NCBI RefSeq assembly: GCF_024521635.1
Contig: NW_026250416.1
Span: 372,001-436,000, forward strand
Length of the DNA: 64,000 nt
Direction: 5' to 3'
Source of the DNA: Tricharina praecox
Lineage: Eukaryota
Positions 52,598 through 64,000 of this stretch are shown one piece after another. How positions within the stretch are numbered: position 1 is the first letter of the stretch; every line of letters begins with the position of its first letter. The position numbers and the translations under genes were made by a program. The notes under the pieces were generated by a model. It was not told the DNA's origin, did not search any database, and was given only the letters and a program-made list of their open reading frames with translations.

Positions 52598-55008
52598 ATG
52601 TCGAGTACACTCCAACGGCTCCAGGAGTCCTTGAACTCGGCCAAAGAGTCAGCCTCCCACAAGATCAACGATGTTACGACGACGAACAACAAGATTCTCG
52701 ACATGTGGCCCAACACATTTGATGCCATGAAGTCGAGCAACAGAATGACCACCGACCACGGAGTCAAAGTCCAGGACACAGACCATTGGCTGCAGGTTGT
52801 GTCGGACAAGCAGCAGGGCCCTTTTCTGCTGGAGGACCAGATTTCGCGGGAGAAGATCATGAGATGTGAGTTGAACTGTACTTCATGAGTGATTGAACAC
52901 GGCACTGACAGAGACTGTAGTTGACCACGAGAGAATACCCGAGCGTGTCGTACATGCTCGCGGAACTGGCGCTCACGGCTACTTCAAGCTGCATACACCC
53001 ATCCCGGAGTTGTCCTCGGCTGGAGTCCTCAATGACACTTCCCGCACAACTCCCATCTTTGTCCGTTTCTCGACTGTCCTCGGCTCCAGGGGATCAGCCG
53101 ACACAGTCCGAGATGTACGAGGCTTCGCCATGAAGTTCTATACCGACGAGGGTAACTGGGATATCGTTGGAAACAACATCCCCGTCTTCTTCATCCAGGA
53201 CGCCATCAAGTTCCCCGATGTCATCCACGCTGGTGAGTTGCCCGGGAATGTGTTTAATATAAGTCGTGTGCTTACTTGTTCACAGCAAAGCCTGAACCCC
53301 ACGTTGAAATTCCCCAGGCCCAGACTGCTCACGACAACTTCTGGGACTTCCAGTACCTTCACCCCGAAACCTCCCACATGTTTATGTGGACTATGAGTGA
53401 CCGAGCGATCCCTCGCTCTTACCGCATGATGCAAGGCTTCGGAGTTAATAGTCAGTCCAAGAGAATACTCGCGTTGGTTTCGGCATGCTAACATGTTTCC
53501 CAGCTTTCACTCTCATCAACGCCCAGGGTGAGAGGCACTTTGTCAAGTTTACCTACACCCCAGAACTCGGTGTTCATTCCCTCGTTTGGGACGAGGCTTT
53601 GAAGCTGGCTGGTCAAGACCCCGATTTCCATCGCAGGGACTTGATCGAAGCCATCACAAACCGATGCTACCCCAAGTGGAGGTTCGGAATCCAGGTCATC
53701 AAGGAGGAGGATCAGCACAACTTCGACTTTGATATCCTTGATGCCACAAAGATCTGGCCCGAGGACCTCATTCCCGTCCGCAACATCGGTGAATTCGTCC
53801 TCAACCGCAACGTCGATGAGTTTTTCCCCGAGACCGAGCAGGTCGCCTTCTGCACCTCCCATGTCGTTCCGGGAATCGGCTTCTCCGACGACCCTCTTCT
53901 CCAGGGCCGTAACTTCTCCTACTTCGATACCCAGATCTCCCGTCTCGGTGTCAACTTCGCCCAGCTCCCCATCAATAAGCCAGTTTGCCCGTTCATGAAC
54001 TTCAACCGAGACGGCGCCCAGAACCACCACATCCACAAGGGCACCGTGAACTATTGGCCCAACCGCTTCGAGGCCACTCCTCACGCGAAGCACACCGGTG
54101 AAACCGATGCCTACCGAGAGTTCCGCCAAAACATCGTGGGAATGAAGGAGCGTATGCACGCGCCCAAGTTCAAGGAGCACTTCAACCAAGCCCAGCTCTT
54201 CTACAACTCCATGTCCCCCCACGAGAAGATGCACATGCAGGGCGCGCTCGCCTTCGAGCTCGCCCGCTGCGAGGACCCCATCGTGTACAAGCGGATGTCT
54301 GAGCGTCTCGCGGAAATCGACCTTTCGCTCGCCCAATCCGTCGCCAAAATGGTAGGCGGCGACATCCCAGAGACCTCGCAGCGCAAAAATCACGGCAAGT
54401 CCGCGCCTCGCATCTCGCAGACCGAGTTCCCCGGCGACACTCCCACCATCGTCTCCCGCCGCATCGCGATCATCATCGCCGACGGCTTCGAGCTCGCCAC
54501 TTTCACCGCCATCCGCGCAGCCTTCAAGGCGCAGGGCGCTCTCACTTTCGCCATCGCCCCGAGACGCCACCTCATCAACCCAGCCTCTGGCCCCGCCGTC
54601 ATGGCCGATAACCACCTTGAGAGCATGCGCTCGACTATGTTCGACGCGGTGTTCATCTGTCCGGGTACACAGAGCACTCTTACTCTCAGTGAGAACGGCC
54701 GTGCGATACAGTGGGTGCGCGAGGCCTTCGGTCACTTGAAGGCTATCGGTGCTCTCGGCGACGCCGTGTCCTTCCTCCAGGAGGCTGCACTCCTCCCCGG
54801 TGTAACCCTGGCGCTCGATAAGACCTCGAGCAAGGTGGTGACTAGCTACGGTGTGGTCACAGGATGGAATGCGGATGTCGGCGTGCTCAAGAGTCTGTCC
54901 ATCGAGCCGAGTGAGACCGCGTTCTCGAGCGCGTTTGCGTATGCCATCAGTAAGCATCGCTGCTACGAGCGGGAGATGGATGGGTTGGTCAAGAAGATTG
55001 CGTTTTAA
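52598..55008 (+). CDS. catA: Large-subunit monofunctional heme catalase (CatA/KatE type, C-terminal GATase/DJ-1-like domain); exons 52598-52865, 52921-53232, 53286-53450, 53503-55008
   Basis: [44 protein letters not shown] and [15 protein letters not shown]. No signal peptide. Introns restore the frame. Confidence 0.95.
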
Positions 55009-55509
55009 TTCTTTGGCGGATGGGGTTGTTTTCTTTTCTCTTTATGTATATTAGGATTACTCACGATTTAACTGGCTCAATGATTGCATCTTTCTTCGCT
55101 CATGTATTGTAAATAGCGACTTGTGTGTAATACCTATAACGGTCTGATATAGACGCAAACGAGAACGAGTCATGATATGTCACCCATCACTGTTATCCCA
55201 CCGCCATATTCTTCACAAATGACTTACCGGTTGCACAGCCAGCCCCACCGTGTTCTCCCCGGACTAAGGTCCCAGGTCCCAAAATCAGAGTGCTCACCCG
55301 CTTCCCCATCACCGATGCGAACTCGCCTCCAATCACCAAGCTCCATTCGTTTGCCGTTATCCATTTTTCCTCTTCACGAGAACATCCTCTGTTAAGTGTT
55401 CTGCCTGAAATCCCCAACTTGGAAATGCATCCGCGTGACTGGAGATGGGGGCGTGGCCACGGCCGGGCCAGACGGGAATTTTCTCCTCTGGCTGGTGGAT
55501 GATCTCGCG

Positions 55510-55701
55510 GGCTAAAAAAGCCGGATAAATATATAACGTTATGTTCGGACGGATAAAATGACGTCTTCTAGCTAAGTTTTGGCTAGTGCCTTGTTATGGT
55601 GGGGTTCGTCGATGATAGCGGGCGGGCGCCGGGCGGAGGTGAGCTGCTGGACGAGGAAGAGGAGCAGTATCCATCCAGTGCGGGGAATTGTCCAATATAA
55701 A
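55510..55701 (+). promoter_or_regulatory. Xylose reductase promoter: XlnR/AraR-like sites, CreA-like sites and TATA
   Basis: GGCTAAA at 55510, CGGATAAA at 55522 and 55550, GGCTAG at 55581, SYGGRG matches (e.g. GCGGGG at 55680) and TATAAA at ~55696. Confidence 0.6.
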
Positions 55702-55809
55702 GAAGCTTCTTTCGCCATCCAGCCCATCTCCCACCTTACTCCTCATCCCCCCCACCTCATATCAGCCCTCCCCCGCCTCATCTACTCTAGTCAATTCGAA
55801 ATCGCAAAA

Positions 55810-56908
55810 ATGGTCAACGTCCCCAAGGTCAAACTTAACAATGGAACGGAGATGCCGCTGGTCGGGTTGGTTCCCCCACTCCTGGAGTTCGGGCTGGTGG
55901 GGTAGCCGCTGATGGGTAGAACGACAGCTTCGGTCTCTGGAAGGTCCCCACGGAGTCGGCCTCCGATGTCGTCTACGAGGCCATCAAGGCTGGCTACCGT
56001 CTTTTCGATGGTGCTTTCGGTATGTCCTCTCATCCTCCCCCTCCTCCTCCTCCTCCCCCACCACGCCCCCGCTGACACGATCCTCCCCAGACTACGGCAA
56101 TGAGAAAGAGTGCGGCCAAGGAGTCGCGCGCGCCATCGCGGAAGGCATCGTAACCCGCGCCGACCTCTTCATCGTGTCGAAGCTGTGGAACACCTTCCAC
56201 GAGTACGAGCGGGTCGAGCCGATCGTGCGGCAGCAGCTCGAGTGGTGGGGTCTCGAGTACTTCGACCTATTCCACATCCACTTCCCGGTGGCGATCAAGT
56301 ACGTGGACCCCGCGGTGTCGTACCCCAGCGGCTGGCAAGATCTCGACGGCAAAGTCACGCCGATCCGCGCGCCGATCCAGAAGACGTGGGAGGCGCTCGA
56401 GAACCTGTACGACCAGGGCCTGTTCAAGAGCATTGGTGTGAGCAACTTCCAGGGTGGCCTTCTGCTGGATCTGCTGCGGTATGCGCGCGTGCCGCCGGCG
56501 GTCCTGCAGGTCGAGCTCCACCCTTACCTCGTCCAGCAGGAGCTCGTCGAGCTCGCGAAGGAGAACGGTATCGCCCTCACCGCCTACTCGTCCTTCGGCC
56601 CCCAGTCGTTCCTCGAGCTCTCGTTCAAGAATGCCGCAGACACCCCGGCGCTGTTTGAACACCCCGCTATCAAGAAGATCGCCGAGGCACACGGAAAGAG
56701 TCCCGCGCAGGTGCTGCTGAGGTGGAGCACCCAGCGTGGTATTGCCGTCATCCCGAAGAGTAACTCGAAGCACCGTCTGCCCGAGAACTTGGATATCTGC
56801 AGCTTTGACATGACCGACGATGAATTGAAGAGCATCTCCGCACTGGACAAGAATCTGAGGTTCAACAACCCCCGGGATTACTTGGGTACCCTGCAGATCT
56901 TCGCATAG
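55810..56908 (+). CDS. XYL1: NAD(P)H-dependent D-xylose reductase (AKR2B); exons 55810-55865, 55928-56019, 56091-56908
   Basis: [58 protein letters not shown] and LRFNNP. Confidence 0.95.
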
Positions 56909-57325
56909 ATGGGAGGTAGTTGCATATATAGCGGGTTGGGAATTTATTGAGTTGGTGCATGGATAATGTCTGAGAAATTACTCATTTTCACCGTGACTTT
57001 GCCATGCCCGCAGTGACAGCATGACCAAAGCCCGATATCTCACCATTGCGTACATGTAGCACATCACCAGTTCCCCGCAAAGCACATGAAGTAAAACCCC
57101 AAACCCACTTCGCCTTTCCATTCATTATACCCTAGGAGAAACAGACGCGTGCGAACAAGAAGAAAAAAAAGACCCGCAAGAAATAGTGCAATCAATGAAC
57201 CCTTTGGCTGTACAAACCCGATCCAACCCATATAACATAGGTTATCCGCCTTCCTGCTATAGAAGAAAGAAAACAAGAAGACTCTCTCCCTCCCTCCCTT
57301 CTCTCCGTCGCTGCACTTTTACCGC

Positions 57326-57872
57326 CTATGCCGCGAACTTGCGAGTGAGCTTGGCGATGACTGGTCGAAATTAGCTGTGAACGATTGAGCGGTAGAAAAA
57401 TGGAATTGACATACCGTGCAGGGCCACGACGCTGAAGATGAAACCCAAACTAAGCACCAGAACGATGACAGGGTCGACCTTGAGGCCGGGGGACTCATCG
57501 GTGTAGAGCTCTATTTCCCACCGTCAGTACACACATTCTAACCTTCACATTCTCCCCACCTTGCGCAGACACTCGGTTACATACTCAGCATAGTTGAGCT
57601 CGAACCGCCCGCACCAGCCGCACGCGTCGAGCTAGGACGAGTATTCGCCACCTTCTGGGCGCGGTCCTGCGCTGCGCGGCGACGAATGGCGGTCTTGGGG
57701 CCTCCGGGAGGAGTGGGGGAGCTGGGGCGGCCGGTCGCGCGGCTCTCGGAGCCGGAGGCGACGCCTGCGTTGGCGGGGGAGGCGGCACGGGGTGACGAAG
57801 ACTGTTATTTCTCGATCAGTGCTCTGCGGCGGAGGGAAAGGGGAGGGGAGCTCGGGCGAGTGTATGTACCAT
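57326..57872 (-). CDS. SEC61B: Sec61 translocon beta subunit (4 exons; first coding exon is ATG only)
   Basis: Spliced product MSSSPRAASP...[55 protein letters not shown]. Confidence 0.95.
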
Positions 57873-58782
57873 AGTTGATTTGTTTGTTTGGGTTGAAGAG
57901 AAAGCGTGGAAGGGATTGTGGAATTGGTCGATGAAAGAGTGTCGTGTCGGGAAGAGGTAGGGCGGTGGTAATGGTGGTGGAAGGGTGAGGTGCTTGTCTT
58001 CAGGAGTTGTGTTGCTTGCTCCACAAGTTAAACGTGGCTCGGCAAAGCCAAAGGCCACATCGACCACTTCCTTGAGCCGCATGGAACAGCCGAGTGACAC
58101 GACAGGGATTATGACATAGAATATTCTTCCCCAGACTCACTTTCGAGAGATGACCAACTGCTATGGAGAGCTCTGAAAGCTGTTCAGCCAGCGGTTTCTT
58201 GCACTGAGTGAATTCCGCATGGCTTTCCTTCCGGACAGTGATACTAGTATGTGATGAGATGTACTTGAGTCATGCAAAACAGCCCCAGATATGCAGGCGA
58301 CCACAACTTGTTTCATTGCTCCCCATGTTTGAAGCTCTTTCTATTCAGGCATGTTGCCCCCAGACAAAACCTGGATTGCCGAAAGAGTCTGCATAACATA
58401 GAGTTGTAGAAATTACGGAAATACACCCAAGATGATGACGAGTGATCACAACGGAAACCGGGGGAAATGGAGAGAATGACATGGGAGCACGTTCGCAGGA
58501 GCTAGCAATTGGATATTAATTTGTCACCTGAAGTGATCACGTCGGATGTGGAACGTTACAGTACACGAGTATGGTGCCGAGCACCAGGCTGGCGGTGCGC
58601 TTGCTTGCTCTCGCTACATATCCCTCACATTGAAGACTATGGAGTGGTCGACGACTTTTTGATTTTCGCAAAGTATTTTTAATAATCATTGCGGAACGTC
58701 ACCCACGAGTAACCACTCGTGCCCCACCAAACTCCCAGAGCAGCCGACAACGAAAACCAGAAATACAACATGCTCCGATCGT

Positions 58783-59708
58783 TTAGAAGGTGCTTGGTCG
58801 TCTGGCGGCGAAAACCCTCTTGACGAGAGGTACACGGTGGGGGAGGGGGAACTTGAGGTTCTTCGACAGAAGCTGCTTGATGTAGGGGCGGCGGATGTCG
58901 GCGGTCTTCTCAACCTCGACAACCTTGAGGACCTGTTCACACGGTACATCAGCATCTGTGTGGAACCGGGTGCGTACTGGGGCGCGGGGTGCTTACGTGA
59001 ATCGACCTGAATCGGGAACGGTGGCGGGCAGCCATGTCCTGGTACAGGGCGTCGACGGCCTGGGCACGGGACATCTCGCGGTACTCCTTGTACATGTTGT
59101 GGGTACCAGAGCGCGAGTCGTAACGGATCCAGATACCGAAGTTCTTGACCTTGGTGGGCCGCTTCTCGTGGATCTATATCGCAGGAAACGTTAGGCGACA
59201 GCTCACGGTAGAAGCTTGTTGAAGATATGCGTACCTCGTTGAGCGACACGATCTCACCGGCGCTCTTCTTGACCTTGCGGAGCTTCTTCAAGAAGTACCA
59301 GAAACGGGACTTCGCAACGACGGTGTTCGGGGCGAAGAGACGCATCCGGTAGAGCTTGGGGGTAGGCTCGACATCGGAAGGCAGCTTGCGTCCGATGACC
59401 TGGTACTCATGAAGGCGACCTATACACCATCCCAATCAGCTGCTTGCTCCCTACATACAACACGCAGCTAGCTATCCGAGTTCGATCGTGGTCAACGTGG
59501 CGAGTTGTCGAATTCGAGATCGATAGCAGCAGCAATCCTCCAGCACCTCCCCCCCGTTCCAAAGCTTCCGATATTCCACCGCACGTAGCCCAAATACCTC
59601 CACAACGGTTCCACCCTTGCTTGCTGCCATCGTTCTCGAATTCCACACGTAGACCACAATCGCACGCGGAAGCTTTCGACCGAGAATCTAAAAGCGCAAC
59701 GTACCCAT
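58783..59708 (-). CDS. RPL20: 60S ribosomal protein eL20 (L18a); coding exons 59708-59705, 59419-59235, 59173-58997, 58932-58783; 5'UTR intron 59783-59710
   Basis: [12 protein letters not shown]...[22 protein letters not shown]...[24 protein letters not shown]...LKFPLPHR...RPSTF*. Confidence 0.97.
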
Positions 59709-59934
59709 TCTGTCGATTTATTAGCGTTCCGTATGTAAAAATTGCGAGGATGGCAGGCGCGCAGGGGTAGCGGGTCGACTCACGTTGTATATGTCGTCGG
59801 TCGGTCGGTCGTGGGTTGTCGAAGGGGGTCGTTTGTTGCTGGCGTCGTATCGGGGGATTCTCTATGCTCGCGACTTTCGCTTGGTTTGGCGTTGAATTCT
59901 TGCGCACGGTGCGTGCGTGAGCGTGCTTGTGGGC

Positions 59935-59994
59935 TGTGACGACTCAGGGCACACAGCCCTATTGGTGTTTACCCGGCAGTCACGAAGCTTAACC
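59935..59994. promoter_or_regulatory. RP-gene promoter cassette (TGTGAC...CAGGGC-N5-GCCCTA...CAGTCACG)
   Basis: Homol-D-like boxes flank an inverted AGGGC/GCCCT pair, mirroring the RPL31 promoter. Confidence 0.65.
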
Positions 59995-60660
59995 CCACAC
60001 TACAACGACACCAGTCTTTTCTCCAACGGAAGCGAATTCTGGCCAAAGGGATGGACGAGCACGGTGAGAAGTGTAGACAAAATGAGTCCTCACCGTCGCA
60101 GGAAAAAACAGAGGTTACATGTAGATACGGTCTATCTCAATTCGCAACGCCCGTCCGAAGCAGGCCAAACTACCACCTCATCAATCATGACACTGCCTGC
60201 CTGACCTCCGATGAAGTCTCAATCCCCCGGTCCCGCTAAAGGAATTGAACCTCGTGCCGAACTGCGAGTTTGTCGCATCGGAGTGTTCGACGATCGCTAG
60301 TCTCAAGTATTCTACAGCAGCAGTTTGCGTTCGACGTAGCGAGCCGCCGTCAAAATGTTGCGCCTAATTCTTTGGTGTTGAGCTAGACCAGACTCCTGTG
60401 CTCACAAAATATGTCTAATAATTGCATACTTCTTGTGAACGTGGACACTGGACACTGGATGAATGACGATCCAAAAAGGACTGATGTAACTTCCATTTCT
60501 CCCCGCAACCCTGAGCCGCATCCTCGCCAAAGGTCCAGCTCACCCCACTTCAGCCCTGCACACGAAACCACGTGCGTCGAGCTGGGAGCACCGTCCATAT
60601 CCCCGTCCAGTCCACATCCCCGTCCTCAGCACCTCCACGCCCCACAGCTTCTCCGCAACT

Positions 60661-62120
60661 ATGTCGCTCTTCTAGTAAGTCCCCACCCGCCACCTTTCCC
60701 ACATGGACTTACCCGTGCAGCTCCACATTCCGCGGCTACCTCACTTCGCAAGACGGGCGTGCTCTCGGCGCCCTCCTCAATCCGACCCGCAGCGACGTTT
60801 CGTCCTTCGCGTACTCGTCGAACCACGTCTCGATCCGCTCCACCGTGTCTAAGGAACTCGGCGGAATCTCGTCGTTCCGCAATGGAATCACCGACAAGGG
60901 GCAAAAGGCATGGGTCGACACCGTGGTCGCGTACTGGGAGGTCGTGTATGAGCTTGAGCGCGGCGATACCGGCCGCCAAATTGGCGATGAGGGAGATATG
61001 GGCTATTGGGGGCGCGCATACAATAAACAGAGCAACCTTACAACGTAAGATTCTTTCCCGGACAACTGGAGGGGGACGGGGAGAAGGTTCGATGCTAATT
61101 GCGGAAATAGGTCCATATCGAGAGGTTTCGCCAACGGCGGATGGCCGAATTGGTTGCTACCCGTCCTATACGTATCGTGTCGGTACCTGCGGAACTTTGC
61201 GATCTTGGCAGATGAAGAGGACAAGAAAGACGGGAAAAAGGCCGAGAAGCTGGAGGATGCGGCGCGGTACCTCAACAAGATGTTCACGCTGTGTCTGAGC
61301 GACCGCGCTCCTCTAGAGGAGAGCAGGAAGTGGGGGACATATTATATTGTCAACCTGCTGTTCAAGACATACTTTAAGGTATGGATACATCTACCTGACT
61401 GATGTCACATGCTAACAGAAACAGCTTAACGCAATAACATTGTGTAAGAACGTGATGCGAGCTCTGACGGCCACAACAACGGACATGCCGCCTCTCAACG
61501 CCTTCCCCAAGTCTCACGTCGTAACCTTCAAATACTACGTCGGGGTAATCAACTTCCTCGAAGAAGACTACGTGGCCGCGGAAGAGAACCTTCTCGAGGC
61601 TTTGCAAAGCTGCCAGACCGGCTCCTCTAAGAACCAAGAACTAATCCTGACCTACCTCATTCCCGCGCACCTCATGACCACCCACCAGCTCCCCACCGCC
61701 ACGCTCTTCAGAAACTACCCGCGCCTCCAACACCTCTTCCAAACAATCTGCAACACAATCAAGACCGGCAACCTACAGGCCTTCGACAAAGCGCTCGAGG
61801 CGCACGAAGACGACTACGTCCGCCGGCGCATCTACCTCACGCTCGAGCGAGGCCGCGACATCGCGCTGCGAAACCTGTTCCGCAGGGTGTTCATCATCGG
61901 CGGGAAGAAGACGAGGATTCCGGTAGAGGAATTTCGGCGCGCGATGGGATTTGCTACTGCCGGTAAGGACGGCGGGACCAGGAAGGAGGTCGAGCCGGAA
62001 GAGGTCGAGTGTCTCCTGGCCGGAATGATCTACAAGGGCCTCATGAAGGGGTACATCTCCCGTGAAAAGAGCATGGTGGTGCTCAGCAATAAGGAAGCAT
62101 TTCCCGGGACTGGCGTGTAG
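60661..62120 (+). CDS. CSN12: PCI-domain protein Csn12/PCID2 homologue; exons 60661-60674, 60721-61044, 61111-61378, 61425-62120
   Basis: [61 protein letters not shown] and [20 protein letters not shown]. Confidence 0.93.
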
Positions 62121-62626
62121 ACGAATGGAATGGGGAGACTTGATGTAACTATTTGCTTTGATGTGCGTTGACGAGAATGAATAGGCAGTCTACATATGCT
62201 GTACTTTAGATGAAAAACGAGAATACCTATTTACCATTACTGAAGAATCCCACGGAGTGTGTTTCTTCTTCCCACAGTGTTTTTTACTTATCATTACAGC
62301 CGCTACATACAAGTGCACGGAAATTACAAACGAAACTGTTCACGCTTAGACTCTATCCAAACAAACAGGTGAACTGTGAAGTACAAACGAGAAAGATGAG
62401 AAAAGAGAAAAGAGTAATAAAAAAAAACAAAAAAAAACAAAACACATAACCCCATAGTATCATGCAACCATACTTCGTCACTTGTGCCGCTCATCCCCCT
62501 AGTAGTAATAGCAAAACAGCAAAATGAAAAGACAGATAAATGAAAACAAAACATAGAAAAATCCGCATCCAGATGATAGTGAGTATTTTCGCCTTGTCCC
62601 CCCTTCCCCCATTTCCCCCCTTTCCC

Positions 62627-64000
62627 CTAGAATATCCACCCCCAACTCCTCCTCTTCATCTTCTTCTCCTCCCTAACGCTCAACAGCGTTTCCTTGTGTC
62701 CCTTGCCCAGACTCTTCTCCCTCGCCTTTCGCGCCTTCTGGAACCCCGCCGCGGCCTCCTTATACCTCTTCCTCTTGGCATGGACCTTCGCCAGGGTATG
62801 CACACCCATGAGCGAGATGGGGTGCTCAGAGCCCAGCGTATCCTCGGCGGCCTTGACGGCCTCGGCCGCAAGCGCCTCCGCCTCCGGCAGGCGCTTCAAT
62901 TTCACCGCGGTAGCGGCGAGGTAGCACGCGCACTTGATCGTTTCTGGGTGGCTGTCGCCGAGCTTCTCCTTGAGGCGCGCGAGCGCCGTCGTGTACAGAC
63001 TGTGCGCTTGCTCGTAGCGCTCAGAGATCCGGTGGATGTTGCCCATTCCGACGGTTGCCAGCAGGACGTAGGGGTGGTCGGCGGGGAGCCCGGAGATCAC
63101 CGTGTTGTAGCCGGCTGAGGCTGCGGGCATCGCCGCTTTGTTCTCGTGGGCTACGGCGAGGTGGTACGAGGCCACGAGGGTTTGCGGGTGCGACTTGCCG
63201 AGGCTGCTGGTAAGTGTATTGAAGACGCGCTGGTGGAAGGTGAGTGATCGCTCGTAGTTGCCGGTCTCGCCGCTGAGGAGGCCGTGCGTAGTGAGCGTCG
63301 AAAGGACGTCTGGGTGCGTGTCGCCGAGAAGTTTTTCCTGGAGGGGCTCGAGCGTGTTGATGTGCTGCAGGGCTTTTGAGAAGTGGCCTTGTTTGGTGAG
63401 AACGTCGGCGATGGAAGACGTCGTGGCGAGGGTGAGCGGGTGCTGGGCGCCGGATTGCGTAGTGTAGCCAGAGAGTACCTGCTGGTACAGCGCGAGCGCC
63501 TGAGAATAGTTTCCCTGGGATTGCAGGATATTCGCGGTGCAGGACTTCGCGACGAGAGTGGAGATTCCATCCTTCCCCTGCTTCTCCTCGAGTCCGCCTT
63601 CCGCAAGTCGGCTCCAGTCCAATGCTTCCGCATACTGTCCACGGAGACACAGTACCTTCCCAAGACTCGTCGCCGTCTCAAACTCGCGAACATCCACACC
63701 CAGCGCTCTGAATCCCGCATACGCCTTGCGATACTCCTTTTCAGCATCCACGTACTGTCCCAGCCGCAGGTATATATCGCCCATCTTCGAGACAGTCCCA
63801 AATGTCCACGGATGCTCGGTGGTTCCAAACAGCTTCATCAGACCATCCAGCACCTTTTCATGACAGCTCAACGCTTCAATGTACCGTCCCAGTCGTGTGT
63901 ATAGCTCTGCCATTCCATCCAGCGTCTCAAGTGTAGAGTGGTGATGTTCGCCGAGCGACGCCATCTTCCTATCCAGCAGCAGCTGGTGTGCATCCAGCGA
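62627..64000 (-). CDS. Kinesin-light-chain-type TPR repeat protein, 5'-truncated by the window edge
   Basis: Frame is open to position 64000; repeated ~42-aa units with LGxxHPxTL motifs (LGEHHHSTL, LGDTHPDVL, LGKSHPQTL, LGDSHPETI, LGKGHKETL). Confidence 0.88.
   Translation of the reverse strand, partial: SLDAHQLLLDRKMASLGEHHHSTLETLDGMAELYTRLGRYIEALSCHEKVLDGLMKLFGTTEHPWTFGTVSKMGDIYLRLGQYVDAEKEYRKAYAGFRALGVDVREFETATSLGKVLCLRGQYAEALDWSRLAEGGLEEKQGKDGISTLVAKSCTANILQSQGNYSQALALYQQVLSGYTTQSGAQHPLTLATTSSIADVLTKQGHFSKALQHINTLEPLQEKLLGDTHPDVLSTLTTHGLLSGETGNYERSLTFHQRVFNTLTSSLGKSHPQTLVASYHLAVAHENKAAMPAASAGYNTVISGLPADHPYVLLATVGMGNIHRISERYEQAHSLYTTALARLKEKLGDSHPETIKCACYLAATAVKLKRLPEAEALAAEAVKAAEDTLGSEHPISLMGVHTLAKVHAKRKRYKEAAAGFQKARKAREKSLGKGHKETLLSVREEKKMKRRSWGWIF

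Noticed and set aside
53488..54957. 489-aa minus-strand ORF
   Set aside because: Antisense shadow of the codon-biased catalase exon; no recognisable motifs.
58433..58531. Possible C/D snoRNA (ATGATGA...CTGA)
   Set aside because: No terminal stem and only a ~7-nt match to the rRNA sequence I recall; insufficient for a guide.
60411..61298. 295-aa plus-strand ORF
   Set aside because: Alternative frame overlapping the spliced CSN12 gene.
29191..64000. Stress or secondary-metabolite gene cluster (tyrosinase, kinase, catalase, reductase)
   Set aside because: Genes are interspersed with housekeeping genes, with no backbone synthase or cluster regulator.

Overview
Eukaryotic DNA from a filamentous ascomycete (short GT-AG introns with CTRAY branch points; Pezizomycetes affinity is my inference). 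I manually spliced 15 protein-coding genes: PA/RING-H2 E3 ligase, GPI19/PIG-P, a 114-aa Ser/Pro-rich microprotein, Psr1-type CTD-like phosphatase, short secreted tyrosinase, Sln1/TcsB-type hybrid histidine kinase, an 89-aa zinc-ribbon protein, an unknown membrane-anchored protein, RPL31, large-subunit catalase, xylose reductase, Sec61-beta, RPL20, Csn12-like PCI protein and a partial TPR protein. There is also one decayed coiled-coil pseudogene. The left half is gene-poor, with 7-10 kb intergenic stretches rich in micro- and minisatellites; the right third is compact. No tRNA, rRNA, CRISPR array or intact transposon was recognised. The best leads are a long sense-strand hairpin in an RPL20 intron next to a 5-nt start-codon micro-exon, a promoter cassette shared by the two ribosomal-protein genes, an isolated microprotein with a duplicated motif, a ~1.17 kb AUG-free stretch upstream of the phosphatase, and a pseudogene whose stops all fit C-to-T changes. 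None is proven novel; all calls come from reading the sequence without database searches.
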